Under the pieces are notes generated by a model, which saw nothing but the letters and a program-made list of their open reading frames with translations, ran no database searches and had not been told where the DNA came from. Position numbers and translations under genes: made by a program. This document shows, in pieces, positions 56,783 through 64,000 of a stretch of DNA of 64,000 nt. Every line of letters begins with the position of its first letter. The stretch's first letter is position 1. Source of the DNA: Eledone cirrhosa (Eukaryota); assembly GCA_964016885.1 (NCBI GenBank), contig OZ024741.1, positions 410,192,001 to 410,256,000 on the forward strand. Reading direction: 5' to 3'.

Positions 56783-58024
56783 AATATATGAAATTAACGT
56801 TAAGACAGATGCTGCATAATCATATTTATTTGGTTATACGTGACACCCATGCGGATCTATTATGTGATCATTACAACAGCACTGATGTGACACAATTATG
56901 TGCAGGAGTTGAAAGTCCAGAGCTCTGTCAACCAGATTCCACCGTCAAAACATCAATTCATGCTGCAGAAGACATGTACTGAAGGTGCCACACAGTGGGA
57001 CCGAATGGGAAACCAGATGGTTGCTAATGTAACTCCTTAACCACACAGCCATGCCGACATCTATTCCAGAGTCTGTTGCTTTATCAGGTTTGTACTTATC
57101 CTGGTTTCTGTGATGTGAAACAACAGAGAATACAAGGCTCCAGCCCAGGACAGTAGTCCATCACAGGGTTAAAGTCTGTCTTGAACCCAGAGGCTCATCA
57201 GGTTGGTGCTTATCCAGGTTTACATGTGTGTGTCAGCTCACACCTATGCAGGTTTAGCTGGCCTCCTCCAAGGTATATCTCGTTGGAGGTGTCTTGGGTA
57301 ATTTAATGAGGGGAACCCCAGTCCTATCATCTCATTTCTACAGCTGAGAAAACTGGAGCAACGTGAAATAAAGTGTCTTGCTCAAGGAAACAATACATCA
57401 CCCGGTCTGAGAATTGAACTCACAACCTTTCGATTGCAAGCCTAATACTCTAACCACTAAGCCATGCGCACTTCGTAGCATGAAGTGACTGAAACTACAA
57501 GACTCCCCGCTAGACAGGATGCCAGCTTCAGCTAAGTATACTGGAGCATTGTGAAGTGTTTTGTTCAAGAACACAACACTCAATCCAGGAATTGAACCCA
57601 CGACATTATGATCGCCAACACTTACCACTAGGCCACACACCTCCACCATGTTACATGATAAAGGGCTGAGATGTCCACCATATTGTTTACTTCATGTTTA
57701 TAATTGTAATTTTTTCAATTTTTTATCTGCAATCTATTCGAGTTTTATCTGAGTAGGTAACAAATTAGGTGACTAATGAGTTAATTTTCTTTCAGTTTAG
57801 CAGCTTATCATTCACTTTTAATTACTGCACAAACTACAGTTTGAGATAGGTGCCAGCTGTGTGTTCTGTGTGATTTACAGCTTCACTCGGCAGCCATGCG
57901 GTCTCTGGTTCAATCCCTCCCTGTGCTACTTTGGGCAAAGTGTCCAATGACTTGTCACTCTAAGTTAGTAGATAAAAACTGTGCTGAAACCTGATATATA
58001 CATACATATATATATATATAAACA

Positions 58025-59400
58025 TACTTAAATTTCACTCCCAACTAATTAGTTTCTGAAAGGGATTAAACGTACTATCCGAAGAGAGCACGGAGAAGCC
58101 TTTCGTCATCAGGGAAGTCTATTCTCAGCTAAGTTTCCAGGCAATACGTGGACAGTACGTTTAATCCCTTTCAGAAACTAATTAGTTGGGAGTGAAATTT
58201 AAGTAAGTTAATTTTATAATTTTCTTACTTTACGTTTCTCACATTATTGTTCTGCTACCCCATACATTGAAGCACATAGTTACTAAGACAAAACCTATAT
58301 ATTTGCTAACATAAGTATGCATCTGTGTATATATATGTTACTAGATATACTAATTCTTTATAATTATCTCCAAAATTATTTGTCGAGCAAAAATGGCCAA
58401 AACTGCTGCTATAGTAACGGTGCGGCTGCTGTCTTACTAACAAACCACTATCCACTGATTGACCTCGATGTCACGTGATTGATTCTTTTGAATTTGCCAC
58501 CGACGCAGAGGCAGTGATTTTATCAATGGCTTGGAATTAGTCCTCGCTTTGCTTTTTCCATCCACTGAATTATTTTTGTATAAGTTACCTGTGTCCACGT
58601 ATTGCCTGGAAACTTAGCTGAGAATAGACTTCCCTGATGACGAAAGGCTTCTCCGTGCTCTCTTCGGACAGTACGTTTAATCCCTTTCAGAAACTAATTA
58701 GTTGGGAGTGAAATTTAAGTAAGTAAGTTAATTTTATAATTTTCTTATTTTACGTCTCTCACATTATTGTTCTGCTACCCATGCATTGAACCACATAGTT
58801 ACTAAGACAAAACCTATATATTTGCTAACATAAGTATGTATCTGTGTATATATATGTTACTAGATATACTAATTCTTTATAATTATCTCCAAAATTATTT
58901 GTCGAGCAAAAATGGCCAAAACTGCTGCTATAGTAACGGTGCGGCTGCTGTCTTACTAACAAACCACTATCCACTGATTGATCTCGATGTCACGTGATTG
59001 ATTCTTTTGAATTTGCCACCGACGCAGAGGCAGTGATTTTATCAATGGCTTGGAATTAGTCCTCGCTTTGCTTTTTCCATCCACTGAATTATTTTTGTAT
59101 AAGTTACCTGTGTCCACGTATTTCCTGGAAACTTAGCTGAGAATAGACTTCCCTGATGACGAAAGGCTTCTCCGTGCTCTCTTCGGATAGTACGTTTAAT
59201 CCCTTTCAGAAACTAATTAGTTGGGAGTGAAATTTAAGTAAGTAAGTTAATTTTATAATTTTCTTATTTTACGTCTCTCACATTATTGTTCTGCTACCTC
59301 ATGCATTGAACCACATAGTTACTAAGGCAAAACCTATATATTTGCTAACATAAGTATGCATCTGTGTATATATATGTTACTAGATATACTAATTCTTTAT
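58025..59400 (+). mobile_element. Retrozyme-like tandem array: ~2.4 copies of a 516-519-bp non-coding unit plus a 130-bp inverted 5' arm
   Basis: Units start at ~58150, 58666 and 59185; one HHR per unit; no ORF in the track; (TA)n on both sides. Confidence 0.8.
58628..58709 (+). ncRNA. Type I hammerhead ribozyme (copies at 59147-59228 + and 58037-58118 -; 3' half at ~58150-58193 +)
   Basis: ACTTCC-CTGATGA-C.GAAAGG..CCTTTC.A-GAAA-CTAATTAG-TT-GGGAGT; palindromic helix III. Confidence 0.85.
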
Positions 59401-59411
59401 ATAAACATATA

Positions 59412-59491
<80 letters not shown>

Positions 59492-59509
59492 TATATATAT
59501 GTATGTCCA

Positions 59510-59980
59510 ATTGCCTTCGCATGGCTTCCTGCTTCATCTAGCGTGGATATCCCCCCACCCTGACCCAAGCTGCTCTCACCCATTCCTGTGAAACAGACCG
59601 CACCACAGTCCTCTCACCTCACCCCGCCCTCCCAACACTCCTGTTCCTTTCCCTCTCACCTACCACCCATCACCCTACCACTCCAGTGACATATCCTCCG
59701 TTCCTTTAGCATCCTCTCTTCTGACCCCATCACTTTTCGCTTTTTTCAAAACCCAACCATTACTGCTTTTAAGCTCGCCCGCAACCCCCGCGACCTCCTG
59801 GTTCGCTGTTCCTTTTCTTCCTCTCCCACGATTCCACCCGGCTCTTATCCTTGTTCCCGTTCCCACTGCAACACTTGTCCCTTTATTTCCACCCTCACCA
59901 CTCTTACAGGCCCTAACGGGTCTTTCCGTATCCGCCATTCCTTCACCTGCACATCCACCCACGTTGTCTATGCTCTCCGG
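59510..59980 (+). pseudogene. Decayed Neptune-like PLE linker/GIY-YIG fragment (a sixth family)
   Basis: Translations RGYP, LTYHP and YPCSRSHCNTCPFI..TGPNGSFRIRHSFTCTSTHVVYAL. Confidence 0.8.
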
Positions 59981-60442
59981 TGGTGTGTGTGTTATTATAC
60001 GTCCGTATGAAGCTAAGAAAAAATGTGTGTGTATATGTGAGTAAAAGAGTGTGTGTGAATGTAAGTACGAAGCTATGAGCAAAAGTATGTTAATATAAGG
60101 GTGTGTATGTGTGTATACAGAGCAGTGGAGGGAAAAGTGAGCATATATATAGTCGGCCTGTTGTAAGAGAAGCTGCTAATGATAAAGGAATTTTTATCCA
60201 GGATTGATTGGTTGGGCTAACCTTAATTAGCATCAATATTAACAATTCTTTCTTCTCTGAAGATTCTATACTAATAGCATTAACAACAAAGATGTGTGCA
60301 TAAGACAATATGAACTGTTATTTGCTGTATAGATGAAACATAATGTAAGAAGTAAAGTTTGGTTTTAAACGTATTGCCTCTCCTTCATTTGTTCTGCTTA
60401 TAACTATATATATATATATATTGCTTAAACTTTAATCTGTTA

Positions 60443-60746
<304 letters not shown>

Positions 60747-61373
60747 ATATATATGTATAAGTGTGTGTGTATGTGTGTATGTGAGTCGAATTCAATCGGG
60801 GGTAACAACAGTAAGTGAAGTACTCAATACATTAGTAGAATATATATAAAACTTAATATAGAAATGGCTTCTACAGGATTAGAATTGTTTCATTCATAAG
60901 AAATCAAGCAAAAACGAAATCTACTGAATCATCCTCGTTTAACGTCCACTTTCCACGCTAGCATGGGTTAGACGCGAGTTGTCCCACTTGAGGCAAAGTT
61001 GGTCGGGTGACCGTGTCGCGCTCATATAGGACTATCTGGCAGGTTTTCTACGGCTGGATGCCCTTCCTATCACCAACCACATTTACAGTGTGGAACTGGG
61101 AGGTTTTTACCGTGTAACCCACACGGCCACATTACAGCGTGGACTGTGTGTTTTTTCTCGTGACACCTACACGATCTCGATCTCGATCTCATTTATCTCA
61201 TTTATATGGACTGGATGTTGGGGTACCAACTTTATAGAGAGAGGGTGGTGTTGATGGGAGTGGAAGGATAGGGTAGGGGTAGTGGATTGGGGTGTATATT
61301 TGGTTAAGAGGTGCCTACTGACTGTAGGTTTCGCTTTGTACATAGGCAAGGTAGGTCTTCTGTATTACTGCGT

Positions 61374-61454
<81 letters not shown>

Positions 61455-61458
<4 letters not shown>

Positions 61459-62085
61459 CAATATGTTGAATAGGTAACACACCAGAGAGAGATATACAGT
61501 GCGCTATCAATAAAACAGGGAAAAAACCACCAGTGTATGGAATCTATAACCTATGAAAGGCAGTCTATAGACACGATAATTAAAAATATAAATTAAAGCG
61601 TAAATAAATACCTCTATAACTATATAACACACGTACAAATCCAAAGATACTAATCCAAAGATATGTTTCACCAGTAATTTGTTGAAAGAAATGGGTTAGC
61701 CTCGGTTCATCAGCTATACAAGGCTATACAATTCAGACAACACTAAGAGAATTTTAAAAGTGACTGTCCAGCTACACGTGGGAGAGAGAAGTCACAGCGT
61801 GTTTAAGGGCAGTGAACCAGTGGCCTGGGAAAGAAGAACTGCTAGAAACGGCAGCCCAAAGCCACTCAGAGAAGTGTGCTCAACCAAACCGAGGTAGGAA
61901 AGTCTGTTATTAGGAGCGAAATAGAGAGGTATTTATTTACGTTTTAATTTATATTTTTAATTATCGTGTCTATAGTCTGCCTTTCATAGGTTATAGATTC
62001 AGTACACTGGTGGTTTTTTCCCTGTTTTATTAATAGCGCACTGTATATCTCTCTCTGGTGTGTTACCTTTTCATAATATTGTATT
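61455..62085. mobile_element. Fold-back element with ~160-bp inverted arms and a decayed HHR (~61655-61716, -)
   Basis: ~61455-61616 is the reverse complement of ~61921-62085; minus strand reads CTGATGA-ACC..GGT-GAAA-CATA-TC. Confidence 0.7.
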
Positions 62086-62181
62086 TTAAAGAGCTCAAGA
62101 TTTCTTCTCCTTTGAGTACATTATTTACAGGGAATAGCGAGGGCCTATGCCTCCGTTAATTTATCGTGATATATATATATA

Positions 62182-64000
62182 TTGTGCCAACTCCATGGCC
62201 TCCATGTACTCTATTGAAGCCGTCGCAGTGTTTACCTACGTGTCCGTTAAAATCCCCTGCAATGATTAGGAAGTCCTTGTCGTCTGTTAGAGCAGTAGTG
62301 TGTATTAGGGACTCGTAAAACCTATCCTTAAGTTCGTCTGGCAGCCCCGATTGGGGTGCGTAAGCTGATATTATTGTGGTAATTGTCTTATTCAGGACTA
62401 GTCTGAGTTTAATGATTCTTGCATTTACCCTGTACACTGAGATTACTTTATCTACCCACTTGTCAGCTAATAGTATACCTACACCACCCATCCCATCGTC
62501 ATTTCCCACCCAGAAAAATTTGTAGCACTGGCTTTTTCCTACAAGGACTCTAGCAGACCCTCCTCTCCATCTAGTCTCTTGCACACAGCATACATCAACT
62601 TCCTTTCGCTCTAGCATTTCTACGATTTCTCCTGCTCTTCCTTTCATTGAGCCTACATTGATGGTACCAACTCGGAGTGAGGAAGGATTCAGACTTCTCA
62701 ACAAGGAATGAGGAAGGATTCAGACTTCTAGAATTCTGCGACGCCAATGACATGTCGATATGTAACACAAACTTTAAAAAACCCGACAACCACCTGATCA
62801 CCTATAGATCAGGGGAGCACTCTAGTCAGTTAGATTTTATCCTCATCAGAGGACGTGACAGATGGACGGTCGTAAACACAAAAGCCTTCCCTAGTGAGGA
62901 ATGTACATCCCAACATAGCTTAGTTGTCAGCGACCTCACGGTCAGAACTAGACGAGCCCTGAAACAGAGGCCAACCTGGAGAAGAAAGATCTGGAAGCTG
63001 AAAGTCCCCTCAACCAGTAACAGATTTAAAGATATTTTACTCAACGCCTACGACAGTAAAGAAGAACAGATAGAGACATTTAACGTAGAAGAGAACTGGG
63101 AGTTCCTAAAAAATAACTTACTAGAGGCGACGGATGAGGTTTGTGGCTGGAGTAAGACCTCAAGCAGGAGGAGAGTGACTTGGTGGTGGAACAATAAGGT
63201 AGATGAAGCAGTCAAGGCCAAGAGACAGGCATGGAAAGAATGGAAGAACGGGGGGAGCAGGGTACATTACATAGAGACCAAGAGGGAAGCTAGGCGACAA
63301 GTATACTTAGCTAGGAGGGAAGCAGAGGATAGAAAATTCAAGCATGTTTTACAACGTGAGGACCAGAAACAGGAGGTATTCAAGATTGCGAGGCAGTGTG
63401 TCAGAGATAGTTGTGATGTCATTGGAGAGAAGTGTATCCGGAATGATAAAGGTGAGCTTGCCCTCACAAGTGCTGAGAAGAAAGATGCATGGAAGAGTCA
63501 TTATGATAGATTACTAAATGAGGAGAATGCATGGGAAGAAGAGACCCTACCCCACGTAGACCCTATAGAGGGACCAGCAGTACAAGTCAGCGGCAGCGTA
63601 GTAAGTAAGGCAATCAGAGATATGAAGATAGGGAAGGCAACCGGTCCATCGGGTATAGCTGCCGAGATGCTGAAGGCATCTGGGTCTGTAGGTCACACTA
63701 TAACCACACGTATCGTTAACCAGGTAATACTAGAGGGGGCCATACCAAAAGATTGGTGCAGTAGCATCATTGTCAACTGCTACAAAGGTAAAGGCGATGC
63801 ACTAGATAGAGGAAACTATAGAGGTATAAAGTTGATGGACCAGGTCATGAAAGTAACAGAAAGAGTTATAGCACAGCTGATTAGGGACCGGGTGAATATA
63901 GACGAGATGCAATTTGGGTTTGTTCCAGGGAAAGGCACCACTGATGCGCTCTTCCTTGTGAGGCAATTACAGGAAAAGTACCTAGCTAAAAGTAAGCCAC
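62182..64000. mobile_element. Young RTE-clade LINE with a 5' inversion: APE endonuclease N-half on - (62182-62677), remainder on + (62701 to window end)
   Basis: Minus strand VGTINVGS, CVQETRW, SAYAPQ, AGDFNGHVG..GHGVGT; plus frame TRNEEG..NTNFKK..QLDFIL..TWWWN..NYRGIKL..QFGFVPGKGTTDA with no stop to 64000. Confidence 0.93.

Noticed and set aside
56683-56982. 99-aa ORF with a non-repetitive C-terminal half
   Set aside because: It starts in a microsatellite and has no recognisable domain or clear splice signals

Overview
AT-rich, microsatellite-saturated eukaryotic DNA, probably from a cephalopod such as Octopus (inferred from the SINE families and repeat landscape). It consists almost entirely of repeats and I cannot call any host gene with confidence. 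Positions 1-32 kb hold a nested pile of Penelope-like retroelements (PLEs, RT plus C-terminal GIY-YIG) from at least five families and probably three clades, mostly abutting (TA)n tracts and several carrying inverted tail copies. Positions 39-52.7 kb are a 40-bp satellite with higher-order repeats, enclosed by piggyBac-like ends and interrupted by a 2.2-kb non-autonomous LTR element with a tRNA-Trp primer-binding site. Also present are a non-autonomous Helitron, tRNA-derived SINEs, RTE and R4/Dong LINE fragments, and a young RTE LINE with a 5' inversion. The strongest hidden signal is RNA structure. Manual folding gives about 20 type I hammerhead ribozyme (HHR) motifs from at least 12 unrelated sequence families, including U3-A8 core variants. 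It also reveals a 519-bp HHR-delimited tandem array resembling a retrozyme, and many short fold-back insertions whose turning point lies in ribozyme helix II. All folds were done by eye and none has been tested.
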